A stretch of 63,750 nt of DNA, filler included, from Choristocarpus tenellus KU-1152 (GCA_964200185.2; 11 parts of 11 records of this genome joined end to end with filler, not necessarily neighbours in it), one strand, 5' to 3'. Numbered from the whole stretch's first letter, positions 51,201-63,649 are shown. Notes: a model not told the origin generated them from the letters alone. Program-made: numbers and translations.

Positions 51201-54200
51201 AAGGGACCAGACTACGGGCTGAATCTGTTCTGTGTTTTCCACAAAGTTCAGATCCGCCCCACTGAGCAATAAAACCTGCTCGGTAGACTGGAGAGGTTCC
51301 ACCATTTGGTCACAAGTCCAGGCTAGGGTTGTCGGAGAGTGTACCCTCACCAGGCCAGGACTGGACTGTGGTTGTGTTGTGACATACTGAGTTCAAGTCT
51401 TAAGAGGAAGAACCTCTCAAGTTGTTTTAAAACTTGCCACGGCAGGAAGGAATGAGGTTCCTGATTGAACATTGGAAAGCATGAATATTACCCCATGTAT
51501 TTGGGATAAATCGGAATATATTATTTGACAAGCCAAACCTGACCCAACTCATCTTGCCCAGACCGGGCAAGTAAAATGTACACTTTTTTTCACGGTCAAC
51601 GGCTATATTAAAACGACTACATATTTACATGAATATATATTAAAACGACTACATATTTACATGAATATATATCAAAACGACTACATATTTACATGAATAT
51701 GTATCAAAAAGACTACATATTTACATGAATATATATTAAAACGACTACATATTTACATGAATATATATTTACATGAATATATTAACTTGACTATTTTTAA
51801 CATGACCAAGCTGCTGTCTGACTCAGTACCTACATGTTCTACTACAGTCTGTCCACAATTGTTGACTTCTTCAACATGACCAGGCCACGGATTGACCTGG
51901 GTCCAATATTTTCTAACAGTGTCAGGCCATGACCATGAGCTGTTTAAACATGTCTGCGCCATGTCCAACCGTGTGGCCATGACCCTGAACCCAACCATAC
52001 TAGCTGCCTGGACGGACAAAAGGCTTCCCTGTTTTCACACACATTATGTAGTCACCTTAGGAGTACCTGGAGAAGCACGGGCTGAGTAAATCATAGAAGG
52101 GATGGTCTTCTGCTTGTCAAAGAGGACCTTGTGCCCTGCATTTGGTCACAACAGCAATCGATTGTTTGCACAAGGTCGGGAGATAGTATATAGATAGCAA
52201 AATAGACAATCCAAGGAAGGATAGAAGTGAGAAGAGTTCTACGTCAGGTATGCGTTTTGATTAGGGGAAAAAGTACCTAGGCGTGGACACAAGGAGGGGA
52301 AGATTTTCTAAGAGTCAAGACACGCCAATCAAGAGTCAAGGCTTCGAGACTGGCAAGGAGGGGAGAGCGACAAGCATATCACACACACTACAGGTACACA
52401 ACATGAGCCATTGTCCATCCAACAGACAACTTCTCAATTGCCTTCAGAGTGAAACATCAACAACCTCAAGGGGGTCAATCGCAAGAGGACCTTTGTTGTG
52501 TTGATGGCAGGAACCATGACATCAGTCGAGTCAAACCTTGTCAGAGGAACAAGAGTCAAACCTTGTCTTACCCTCAGGGAGCCTTTCTTTCTTGGTGGTG
52601 GCAGCAGGCTTCTTCATCTTGCCTGCCTGTGAACAACAAGGCACATAGGTTGTACGTTGTGTGAGTGGGTCGTGTGACACCCAAGGTTAAAAAAAAATGG
52701 AGATACGGCACAGGGAACACATATGTAAGCGGCGGCAGAGATATCCAACATACTGTATGCACTCACACCAAGACCATTGAAGGGTTTTCAAACTGTTGTA
52801 GGCGGCCGGGAACACCATGAACAAGCAAAAACAGGTACAAAACAACGTGGACCTGCTCGTGGACAAAACATCAAAACTATGAAGAATAAAAAAAAGAGAT
52901 ACAGTACAATACAAACTCCTATGCAGTGTGCATCTCTGGTGGACTGTGAGCCAAAAAGGACGTGTAGCACTCACCGTGCTGGAGCTAGACCCACGGGCAA
53001 GCTTGTTGGAGGCAGTCCCAGTGTACCTATCGATGAGAAGGGCCAAGTCAAAGACCATATGTGTTTTCTTTGGGAAGATGTACTTGTCCAAGGCATCCAT
53101 CTGCATGCAGACACACACAAGAACAACAAGCATAGTCCTCTTCAGTTGGAAAAGTCAAAGTATTACATACTGAGGTAGTCACACCATATCTCTAATCTGC
53201 TTCTATCCCTCTTAGTGTTTGTCAAGACTGTGATAGGATAGGTAGGAGGTGACAGCCCCATCGTATTGCTGTATTCCAGTGGCTTCCAAGTGGCATGTTT
53301 TGCCTTCCATCCTTTGATCAAAACAACTCAAAGGCATACATCCTCCACCAACCCTTAGGCTACAAAAAATATTGTACCTAGTCCTACTGCCAATACTATT
53401 AGCACCACAGCATAGATGTAATAGTTCTCCATTCACTTCTCAGTACATGGTATTAGTAAGTATACAGTGTAGATGTAATAGTCCTTCATTCACTTCTCAA
53501 CACATGGCATTAGTAAGTACACAGAGTAGATGCAATAGTCCTTCATTCACTTCTCAACACATGGCATTAGTAAGTATACAGTGTAGATGTAATAGTCCTT
53601 CATTCACTTCTCAACACATGTCATTAATAAGTATACATTGTAGATGTAATAGTCCTTCATTCACTTCTCAACACATGGCATTAGTAAGTATACAGTGTAG
53701 ATGTAATAGTCCTTCATTCACTTCTCAACACATGTCATTAATAAGTATACAGTGTAGATGTAATAGTCCTTCATTCACTTCTCAGTACATGATATTAGTA
53801 AGTATTACTGAATACATATAATAGTTCTTCAAGCCCTATCAACAGTACAACTTTCTGTCCCTCAAAAAAAAGTACTTAAAACCAACAATAAATGCCAACA
53901 GGCTCAAGGGATCTGGGGGGGGGGGGTTCTACACCAGGGTGTCCATTTGGGCCCTGACCAGGAGAGGTGGACTTACATTATCCAAGGCAACCAAAATCAC
54001 CCAAAAATTGCGACATGGAAAAAAAGGCCCCGAATGGACAGCCACCACCCTCCCCTACAGATAATTTGAGCCAACACAAGATATCATGCATGCACACTTG
54101 CCTGGTTGAAGTAGTCCATGAAGATCTTGGGACTAATGGACGGCTCATTGAGCTTCTCACACAGATCTGCCTGCACAGCAGGGATAGAAAGAGCCATCGC

Positions 54201-55932
54201 AAGGTTGTACACCTTCTCTGCAAGCTCAAGCACCTCGTGGCGACCCTTCTCATCTAGAATGGCTACCCTCAGCTGCTTGTTGGCAGGAACAGAAGAGGCC
54301 CATAGGCGCTGGGAGTAGGCACCTAGGATGACATCCTTAAGATTCTTCATCTTCTCACCTGCAGTGGGTATCATGATACAAACCAACGCCTCCTTGTCCA
54401 GCGAGCTATCAATCTCAACCAGGTCATCCATGGTGCACACATCCCTGTCAAGGAAAGCAATCAAAACCATGTTGGCACACACTGAAAAGATGTATCTCAT
54501 TGAGCCATGTATAGTCCTACTGTAAACCTTACCGGTAATGTATTGGACCTGATCAGGGTCAGAGCAGAGAGTCAAGCTTTCTACCTACTCATCCATTTCC
54601 TTCATCTAAAACAAGAGCAGTGACAATTTGGTGAAGAAAAAAGTCCCAAACCAAGGCCCATATGGCATGCCTGTTGAGCAGAGGACGTTGTAGGTTGAGT
54701 CTCTTTACCTGATTGCTGGGAACATACGTTGGAAGTGACTGGTCCATACACCAATGAGAAGAATCACCTCCCCACCAAAGAAGAACCAGTTCCATAATGG
54801 CCTGTCAACAGGTACAAGAGGACGTTTAGTTTCAGTTGTAAGGCAAAACAGTCTGCAATGATACAACATGCAACGGGATTGTACAGAACCTAGAAAATCT
54901 GCAGGCTTTCACACAATCCAGAATGTCAACCAAATGCGCTCAGTAGTAGTACTACAGGAAGACCAACGTTAACCTCCTCAGAGGGAAATAGTGGTCAGGG
55001 TTTTCTAAAACATTTCCAGGATTTTTTTAGTTAGGCAATAACAAAAATAAAAATGGACAGAAAACAAAGTTGGGGGCAAGTAGAATCTTGTGAAGCCTCT
55101 TTCGAGGTTGTAACCCCACATAGAAAAAACACATCATCATGCATGCCATTCTAGGCCTCTAGTTCAGAGGAAATGCTTTGCCCCCCCCCCGGGTAAACTG
55201 TAAAAGAGACATTCAAATCTGAAAAAAATCTGCTAGAGGTCGGTTCATCCCATCAAGCCACACGCAGACGGAAGAGTGAAACCGACATCCTAATGTGTCG
55301 ATCAACCTAAAGCAAGAACCCTTTCAACTAATAAAAACAGCATGCAATGGTGAGCACAGTTGGATTTATGTTCATATTTCTGACAAATCGGGGTATCCTT
55401 ACTGTTTTCATATATATATGTATGGCGGTATTCCCTATTCGCAACATAGAACCCATGTCATTGGAATGCTGATATGCACAGGACTCATGGAGAATATGTT
55501 TTTGTTGGCTGAAATCATTGTGGTTATAAAACGTCAAGTCACACAGCTGATGATAAAAGGATTAGTCCATGTACACATTGAAAACGATCGATCCCTTCAG
55601 ATTCCTTCGTAAGGACTTCCCAGTACCCAACCGATCATCACTCATTTCACTTCTCAGCAGACACCCTCACATAACTTCAAACCAGTAGCACAGGATCAGT
55701 AAACACGCCTACTCCTTGGAAGACTCCACTTCGTTGAGCGGCTTGATCTTCTCCTTTTGCTCTAGAGCATCAACCTCTCTAACCTCTCGACCAATCCGTT
55801 TCACGGCATCCTCCGCCCACTTCTTCCTCACTGCAGTCAAGAAACCCCTTCCTTGGTCTTCGCTAGACCTCTCCCCCCCCCCCCCCCCCTTTCTCCCAAT
55901 TTCTTTCCTGACCAACACCGGCGCACCCACCT
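48210..55932 (-). CDS. CesA: Cellulose synthase / cellulose synthase-like processive GT2 glycosyltransferase (5' end beyond contig)
   Basis: 11 phase-compatible exons: 55713-55932, 54102-54444, 52975-53100, 52572-52626, 52056-52135, 50874-51049, 50440-50532, 49593-50057, 49140-49326, 48630-48781, 48210-48405 (stop); 2093 nt in total. Motifs: CIMIPTAGE, AILDEKGR, MIYSAR...KAGNMN, VNDARH, FVQVPQRF, CGQGSIWRCDAL, LIEDTHTSLEL, QVFRW, then several hydrophobic TM segments. Two donors are GC. Confidence 0.92.
51604..51782. repeat. 32-bp intronic minisatellite x~5.5
   Basis: TATATTAAAACGACTACATATTTACATGAATA; CGAC at 51614, 51646, 51678... Confidence 0.92.
53410..53805. repeat. 57-bp intronic minisatellite x~7
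   Basis: TAGATG at 53413, 53470, 53527, 53584, 53641, 53698, 53755. Confidence 0.95.
53901..54072 (+). mobile_element. Complete MITE family A (172 bp) with AACA TSD, in the CesA intron
   Basis: TIRs GGCTCAAGGGATCTGGGGG... / ...CCCCTACAGATAATTTGAGCC; internal inverted GTCCATTTGGG/CCCGAATGGAC; AACA at 53897-53900 and 54073-54076. Confidence 0.9.
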
Positions 55933-56053
55933 CTGTCAAACAAAAAACCAATGNNNNNNNNNNNNNNNNNNNNNNNNNNNNNNNNNNNNNNNNNNNNTTA
56001 ATTAATTAANNNNNNNNNNNNNNNNNNNNNNNNNNNNNNNNNNNNNNNNNNNN

Positions 56054-56082
56054 ACCCCCTCCCCCCCCAGATACTTTGAGCC
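56054..56082. mobile_element. MITE family A TIR at contig start
   Basis: (C)nAGATACTTTGAGCC. Confidence 0.75.
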
Positions 56083-57125
56083 AGATGCTCTTGGAGTTAG
56101 TGCATCAAGATTCAAATCACATCAAATATACGTGTGAGGAAAAAATACAGTAGGAACAATGAGAAGAGGAGAACAAGGACTTCAACATCCACAAGAAGGC
56201 TGTGCAATTGATTGGGCTGGGGTACCTACAAAGCTCTCTGTGTAGAATTGTACGATGAAAAATTAGTGGATGGTATCCACTCCTTGGACCTTACTAGGAG
56301 GCGCAACTTGTCCTTTCTGGGTGGTATAAGTTCTGTGAGGCAGTGAAGATAGAAGAGGTAGCAACAAATCAATTGATAAGGAAAGCTTACGCTTGGGGCT
56401 GGAAGGTAAGTTAATTTTCGTTCATTCAGCTGACTAGGGGGGGATATAGTTCCTCCAAATTATTGGGAGTACTACACTCGTAAAATTCGATAACTCTATA
56501 GAAAATTTAGTAGACATAGTATTTTTTCATCACCTTTTTCAACTGGTGATAGCAACAGTGTGCAGGGAGTTGCTTGTCATTTCTATATTATCTACGGTAG
56601 TATTGAAAACTTCAGTTCAGTTAGAATCTTCCTGGATAGAATTGCATCCTCATTTTATACTCAACATTTTTTTGTTCTAACATAGCTGCGGACATGATAT
56701 CTGACATTGCTCACCTCCTATTTTCTTCTCAAATGGATTGAACCTCTTGTTTTGAGGCTCTTTGCATGTTCTATCCCTGAAGAGTGTCCTCCTTCCCAGT
56801 CATTGGTAGACAACTCAAAACAAGACGTCTAACGGATACATATATCTTGGAAAGATGTGTGACAAGATTGTTGTATGACACTATTGTTTTTTCCTTGATT
56901 TAATGTTTGGCCACTTCGCTTTCCTCTATAATAACAGTAAATGACACTACTTCAGCAAGAGATTCATTCCATGGCCATTCCATTGGATCAACATGGCTCA
57001 AACTTCTATTGTTGGAGCATGAGATGGGAATACGAAGCCAAGCTCTTCCACTTGCCTTAGACCTTTCCCCCTATCCTGCAATACTCCCTCTCCTAAAACA
57101 TCAATGCTGAATCATTGGATACTCT

Positions 57126-58212
57126 CACCTGAGGTCGAAGTCTGCCCTGAATCCATGGTGCACATGCTTGCCAATGAGCTGGTGGGCCATGGAGGTTAGC
57201 TGATATGTGCCAGGTCTAGAAGGAGTTTGATGGTAGTCCCGAGGAACAGTAGAAAGACGAGAGCCTTGTGTGGGCAATGGGTGATGACAGTTGCCCTGCA
57301 GTGATGTGATCTGGTCTAGGGAGGGAGGGGGGGCGAGTTTCTTTTTGACACATGTCTCTCTACGTTGAGGGGGGAGGGAAGTGGGCCTAGAGTATGGTAT
57401 AGCCGTCGTGAACTCATTGGGGGTCTCCATGAAGCTGATTTCATATTCCTGGAATATCTTTATCACTTGCGCCGATCCTCTTCATTTCGAGCAGCTTTCC
57501 CATCTTCGTTGCGAGGACATGGTCGTATAGAGAAGTCTAAATGGAGTAGATTTAGAGGTTGCAAGTAGGGTTCATTAGGATAATTTGGTCATAACAGCGC
57601 AACGAGGACTAGGGGCAAGTGCACGAGAGGTGCCATTGTGAGACAAGCAGGCAGTCGCGAACAACTGCCCGATATCCGTCACTCTCATACTTCCAGAATC
57701 GATGGAATATACTCCTAGATCGCAGTTCACCAGGTCTTCATTGGGAGAAGTTTCGGGTGTGAATATCGTTCAAGCCTCGGAACATTCTAACGAACCCTAC
57801 CCTGTAAGCTCTAAATCTACTCCATTTAGATGTCTTTATGTGACCATCTCCTTGGATCGAGGATGGAAAAGCTGCTCGCATTAGAAAAAGATCGGCGAAG
57901 GTGACAAAAATCTTTCACGAATATGGAATCAGCTTCGTTGAAACTCTCAATGAGTTCCCGAAGTTTGTCAGTGGGCCCACTTCTCTCCCCTTCAACCTAG
58001 AGAGACATATGGCGAGAAGAGACTCACCCCCCCTCCTTCCCAAAACTACATATCACCACCGCATGCAGTTGTCATCTATCGCTCGTTCAGATACCTCATC
58101 TTTCTTCTTTTCCTCGGGACTTTCCATGAATTTTTCTCCAGATCTGGCATGTGCCAGTTTAAGTCCATGGCCCACCAGCCCCTTGGATTCAGGTCAGACC
58201 TCGAGCTCAAGT
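57126..58212. repeat. Diverged long inverted repeat (arms ~57126-57585 and ~57783-58212, ~200-bp spacer)
   Basis: Reverse complement of the left arm aligns with the right arm (GAACCCTAC...CTCTAAATCTACTCCATTTAGA; GAATATG.AATCAGCTTC; CCATGGCCCACCAGC; GGATTCAGG.CAGAC.TCGA.CTCA). Confidence 0.85.
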
Positions 58213-59247
58213 ACGGAAATGTGTCCATCATGTCAGCATTAAGCGCTCTAGGAGTGGGGGCATTGTAGAGTAGGCCATGACGTGATTGGAAAGGTTTGAT
58301 CAAAGTGAAAGACCTTGTCTTCGCATTCCTGTCTCACACTCCATATCAGCAAAATAGCACTTTCAGCTATGTTGATCCAGTGGAATAGCCATGGCATTAT
58401 GTTCGCGGATTAAACTCTCCCTGAAGTTGTGTCGTTTGCGGTTATTGCAAAGGTATGTGGACAAACTCAGCATATTTTTATACATGAGCAGTATGGCACC
58501 GTTCAAAGATATTTGATATGTGACTTTTATTGTGTTGAGGTGATTGAGAAGGGGTGGGGAGGAGGATACACTTACACAGGATTTAAAATACAAACGGTTA
58601 TATATAGTGAATTCAAGGTTTATTATATTTAGAAGTATAATAGAAAATAAACTTTTATCAAGAGTATAGATCCAAACCTATATTTGAATTACAAAATTGG
58701 TGAAATTCAAAATATAGAATATTATTACGAACAATCTAACCCTCCAACGTCCCCACACCTTCATATTTAAACCACTCTATATAGTTCTCTTCAAACTACT
58801 CAAATCTATATATTCATACAAAAAGGACAACGAGGATTAGGGATAAGATCAATACATGGGAGGTCCCAGGGTTAGACCTGTAGGAAGTCGCCAACAATGG
58901 CCGATGTCTGAAGCAGTCTTATTGTCCAGAATCGAAGGCATGCACTCTCCTTATGTATGTCAGAGGGCCAGCAACTCATTGAGCAAAGTTTCGCGTGTGG
59001 ATATCATAATAAGAACTTTGGACTACTTTGTGTGTGGAGCTATCAATTAATAATAGTCGTGGATAAGGACCGTAAATACCTCTTAAGAGGGGGATAAGAG
59101 TAGATCCAAGTAGATAAACCCTAAGATATACTGCAGAAGGTGCCTGGTGGACCACTGCTGCAAGGGTATGCGGTTTGGGCTATGTATGGAGGGAGAGGTG
59201 CATTCTGAGAAGTGTACAAGTCAAAATTATTACATAGAACACAGTTG

Positions 59248-59290
59248 GGGTCAAAGTATCTGGGGGGTGGGGGGGATGGTTTGTGAGGGG
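59248..59290. mobile_element. MITE family A-type TIR at contig end
   Basis: GGGTCAAAGTATCTGGGGGTGGGGGGG. Confidence 0.65.
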
Positions 59291-60585
59291 NNNNNNNNNN
59301 NNNNNNNNNNNNNNNNNNNNNNNNNNNNNNNNNNTTAATTAATTAANNNNNNNNNNNNNNNNNNNNNNNNNNNNNNNNNNNNNNNNNNNNCCAGGTTTTG
59401 CGCAAACACCCTCATGTACAGGCGAGGTGTTGAGTATGTGTTTTCCCTTGTGTCTGGGGTTGGGCCCCCCCCCCCCCCCCCCCCCTGTTGCAGTTGCAGT
59501 TACAAAGTGCCAACTACTGCATACTTCAACAAGCTCACAACCGATGATAGAGAGATATTTTTCGATTTTCTATTTTTTGCTTAAATTGGTTATTACATTG
59601 GGTTAAGAAGAGCTACTCCTACTGCTGTGGAGCAATACAAGCTGATACGGCATTTTGGGTAGGCGCCTCAAGGTCATTCTCAGTAGGTTGTAGGCTAGGA
59701 AGACCCGTCTCAATTCCAGTATCCTAACCCGAAGTCTACTATAGACAGGAAAAGCAGCAGGTAGAATCTTTTGGGCAATTTGAGTTGGCTTTCAATATGC
59801 AAGATCACAATGATGAAGCCCTGAGGTGAAATCTCCCTATACAGTGCATACCACAGCGGATGATGATATGAAAAGCAAAATTTACACCTCCAACCATTGA
59901 ATTGCCTGCTATATGGGTTGAGTTTATGACTATGGTTACATTAAGGGTTAGGGGTGACCCTGGCCCTGGCCCTTGTCAATGATATTTCAAATTGAGTAAA
60001 TAAAAATGCATTTGACTTAGTGTTGGCAGTACTCTGGGAAAAAAAGTGCCGGGCATGTTGGTGCTGAATCAGGACAACAACCTATGTGTAGATGTGACCC
60101 CCCCCTCCTCCATAAGAGGCAAACGGAATTCATCACCTCTCCTACCTTACTTTGCAGTTACACAAACAATCATAGTGGCGGAAGCATGAGATAGAGATGC
60201 TTATCTGCACAGTGGAGGTGTTAACTCTACGCTGGTGAAATTACATTTTGAACTTGTTGCTGCGGTGAGACCTGATCGGTCTATCCAGCATGGGCTCATA
60301 GGACAAGCTACTCCATGAGCTCAATCATGTGTATCCTGCTTCAATGGCCCCTTCAAGACTAGACTACCCCTCATTGTATTGTTCTATCATGTCTGGTCTT
60401 GACCTTTGCAGCAGAGTTATTGCCCTGAACTGCCCGTTCCTGCCAGTCACGTGACCCTTGTAGGTCCAGATTGAGAGAGCACCATTTTTTGTGTTCCACT
60501 TCCTTCATATAACTTCACACAACAGCACTCAGATAAACATATGCACTCGCACGCGCAACACACATGCAACACACATGTAACACAC

Positions 60586-63126
60586 CTTGACCGGTTCGCA
60601 GAGAATATTGCGTGTCACAAATCCCGTGTCCTCATCCACCTTCCGATTGAAACGTTTGTCTGAGTAGGGGTCATTTGCAATAACCTTCTCACCAGTCGCA
60701 GCAACATGGCCAGCAATGCCCTTGGTGATGGGGAGTGTTATGTGAGCCTTGCCATCAAAGAAGAACAGCTCCTAGTGGTGTGTAAGGAGATTACACAGTC
60801 GCAGTGTCATGTGTGAAACAGGTTGGGGGGAGGAGGGTTGTAGCCGATGGGAGGTTGGGACAGTTGATGTGGTTGATGTGGTTGATGTGGTTGTGGAATG
60901 GAGCCAAAGTATCTTAGAGGGTCCAAATGGACAAACAGGGCAAAATTCGTACCCTCTCAGATACTCTGGCTCAATGTAGACAGGCAGTGACAAATTGCCT
61001 GGGTAGCGAGGTGTGCTCAGGTGATTATGTGTGCAAACGCATGAGCCCGTGCATTTGCAGTTATTTCATAGTCGGACTAGCGAGCCCAAAAAAAAGAAGA
61101 AAAATAGTCGAGATACCTAGTGTTTCTATATATTTTTTAATCCATCATCTTCACCTTGTGGATAGATAGCCCAGGAAAGGACTACACACAGACCCGTGGT
61201 TGGAGGTGCTACACGCTGCACTACTCTACTTTTGGTACTAGGTAGTGCAAGTAACCCTAACCCTAACCCTAACAAAAAAATTAACTGACTCGTTTCTGTT
61301 CGTGCTTTGACTCTCGTTTCATGCTTTGCTTCTTGTGCGTTAGGGTTAGGGTCACGTTCGGCCGTCCCGCGTTCCGTCGGCCCACCTCCCCCCTCCAATG
61401 TTGCGCAGGACATCCATCCCGTGGTGTTGATCCGTAGTGAAGGCCTTACTACACTTCATTTCGGTTTCCTCTCGTTTTTCACGCTAGTACAGCAGACAGA
61501 ATTAGTACAAGACAGGTGCACAGTCTGTAGCGCTTGCTTGCCGTTTTATATTTGGAATTTGCATACAAGAATTGAAACCGTATTATACACCCCAAATAAC
61601 AGTACGGGTGTTGAGATGCCTCACACCCGTACGTATCATGCGGACTGAACACTTAGGGTTAGGGTTAGGGTTTCGGGTGCTATCCACCGACCTACGAGAA
61701 GAGTAACTTTATCCAAATAAAAAACAAGTAGACAGTTGTTCTGGAAGTTTAGTTGGTGCAGCAAAACGGTATGGCTATATCCATCAGAGCACTGCTGTTG
61801 ATTGCATATTGAGCTTCCTTGTACGTGGGTGAGTTGGGTTTTTTTTTTTAAATGTTATTGTCATCTCTTTTGTACCAACAAATGCTCTGTTTTCACTCAC
61901 GACAGTCGGGCTCTCTTAGTTTGCCCAATTCTTGACAGATGATGGCCAAAACCAGACCATAACAAGTGCGCGATTTATTCATCCTACCTAACACAGCCAA
62001 GGTAGTGCCTGGCCACTGCTAATGTTGTTGTTAATTGTGTTTTGGTGTGGTGGTAAAAGAGCGCAATCCCTTGATGTGGTTGTGAGAGATTGGTAGAGTG
62101 CTCTGTGTGAATGGTGTGGCATTCGTGCTTGGGTAAATATAACAGTAAACATAACAGATGTACTTCAAAAAAAAGAAGGGAATGTGACTGACATAAACGC
62201 CATCTTCGAAAACCCTTACTGCAGCAAAGGAGAAATCTATTTGTGTTGTTGGTTTCTTTCCGGATTTTCTCAATTTGATATATCAAGCTCGTACGGTAGT
62301 TGCTTTATCCAATAGAGTGCAGCAAGGGTGGCATCACATCCATATACACACACACACAACACACACAACACACACAACACACAGAATGAAGTATGTGTTG
62401 TTTAAAAAGAATCGGTTGCCATCTTTCTGAGTAGTACATAAACACAATACTGTAGCAATTGGAGAAAAGAAGAGGGGGGTCAATCTAGACATAAATATTA
62501 TTCAACCGGAATGTGATAGAATTGGAACGAGGAGGTTGCTTTGAAGGGGCAGGCGAGATACATATGAGAATGTTGTACTGCTCTGTGCACCATAGAGAGG
62601 ATGGGACAGACACAAGGGGGAGTCTATGGGGGGGATGATGGTTGCTGAGGAAGGCAGCAAGCACGAAGTTACTGTGACACACTGCACGATTCCGGAATGG
62701 TCTCGATTCCGTGTTTGCTTGCGTAAGGCTTTGGCAATCTTTGCTCTTTTTTTCTTTTCTGAGAGAGGTATTTGCATTGCCCAACATGAACAATACCATC
62801 ATCATAGCACTTCTACAATGTTCGTTGATGCCAAATATGATCTTAAGCCTACGAAAAGGGTATTTCCTACACGAGATAAAAGTGGACAAGCACGGTACAT
62901 TTATATTCACCTTAGAGCAAGTACAAAGAAAGTTCTTATATATTGTCCTGGCTCAATCTGTGTGTACGTATCTTTCTGCTCCCAAACCCCCCACCCCCAC
63001 CCCCACCCCCACCCCCACCCCCCCTGCCGTTTAGTGCTAGTATAGTGCCCTTGCCTGAGCTGCACGGTCAATAAACATGAGGGTGGCTCGGTCACAGCCA
63101 ATGGTATCAACAAACTCTTGCACAAC
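60586..63126 (-). CDS. GAF-domain protein (phosphodiesterase/cyclase-type GAF), two internal exons
   Basis: Exon 63055-63126 (VVQEFVDTIGCDRATLMFIDRAAQ, donor CAG|GCAAGG) joins in phase 0 to exon 60586-60771 (ELFFFDGKAHITLPITKGIAGHVAATGEKVIANDPYSDKRFNRKVDEDTGFVTRNILCEPVK), the classic GIAG.VA..G / D.Y.D.RFN..VD..TGF.TRNILC.P GAF signature. Confidence 0.9.
60901..60972. mobile_element. Complete MITE family B (72 bp) with AATG TSD, in the GAF-gene intron
   Basis: 22-bp TIRs GAGCCAAAGTATCTTAGAGGGT / ACCCTCTCAGATACTCTGGCTC (2 mismatches); AATG at 60897-60900 and 60973-60976. Confidence 0.92.
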
Positions 63127-63540
63127 CTGGGGGAGATCGATGTTGAAGGTTGTGGGATGGGGTAGGGGTGAGCGATAGGGCTATAGGGCCGGCAAAGAAG
63201 GAGATCAGGGGATAAGGGCATCCCCATTTTCGCGCAGAGAGGGGAGGGGAAGAAGTAGTTTGCTGCATGTACTGTAGTTCAATGGACTCTTGTACAGTGT
63301 ATGTATGTGTGTGTTGTGAACATTACCAAGATGAATATAGCACAGAACAGATGGGCAAAGCTGAATAAGTTGAACCAAGCTTTGCACAACAGGGTAAGAA
63401 GGTGTAGTGAAATGCTGTATGGAGAAAGAGCACGTTGCCGCCAATGATTTGCACAGTGCGGTAGCTCATGCTATTGCCTCACAACCCAATCCAACAAGTT
63501 GTCAATCACAAGTACCTCATCGTGTGCTCCTTTTTGTTTT

Positions 63541-63618
63541 ATAATAATAACAATAATAATAATAATAACAATAGTAATAACAATAATAATAATAACAATA
63601 ATAACAATAATAATAATC

Positions 63619-63649
<31 letters not shown>

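Noticed and set aside
53372-53821. 149-aa ORF with CRCNSPSFTSQH repeats, or possible CRISPR array
   Set aside because: Translation of a 57-bp minisatellite antisense within a CesA intron; no unique spacers.
6730-63126. Apparent cyclic-nucleotide signalling cluster (kinase + GAF protein + cellulose synthase)
   Set aside because: The genes are on different contigs joined artificially, so co-occurrence carries no linkage information.
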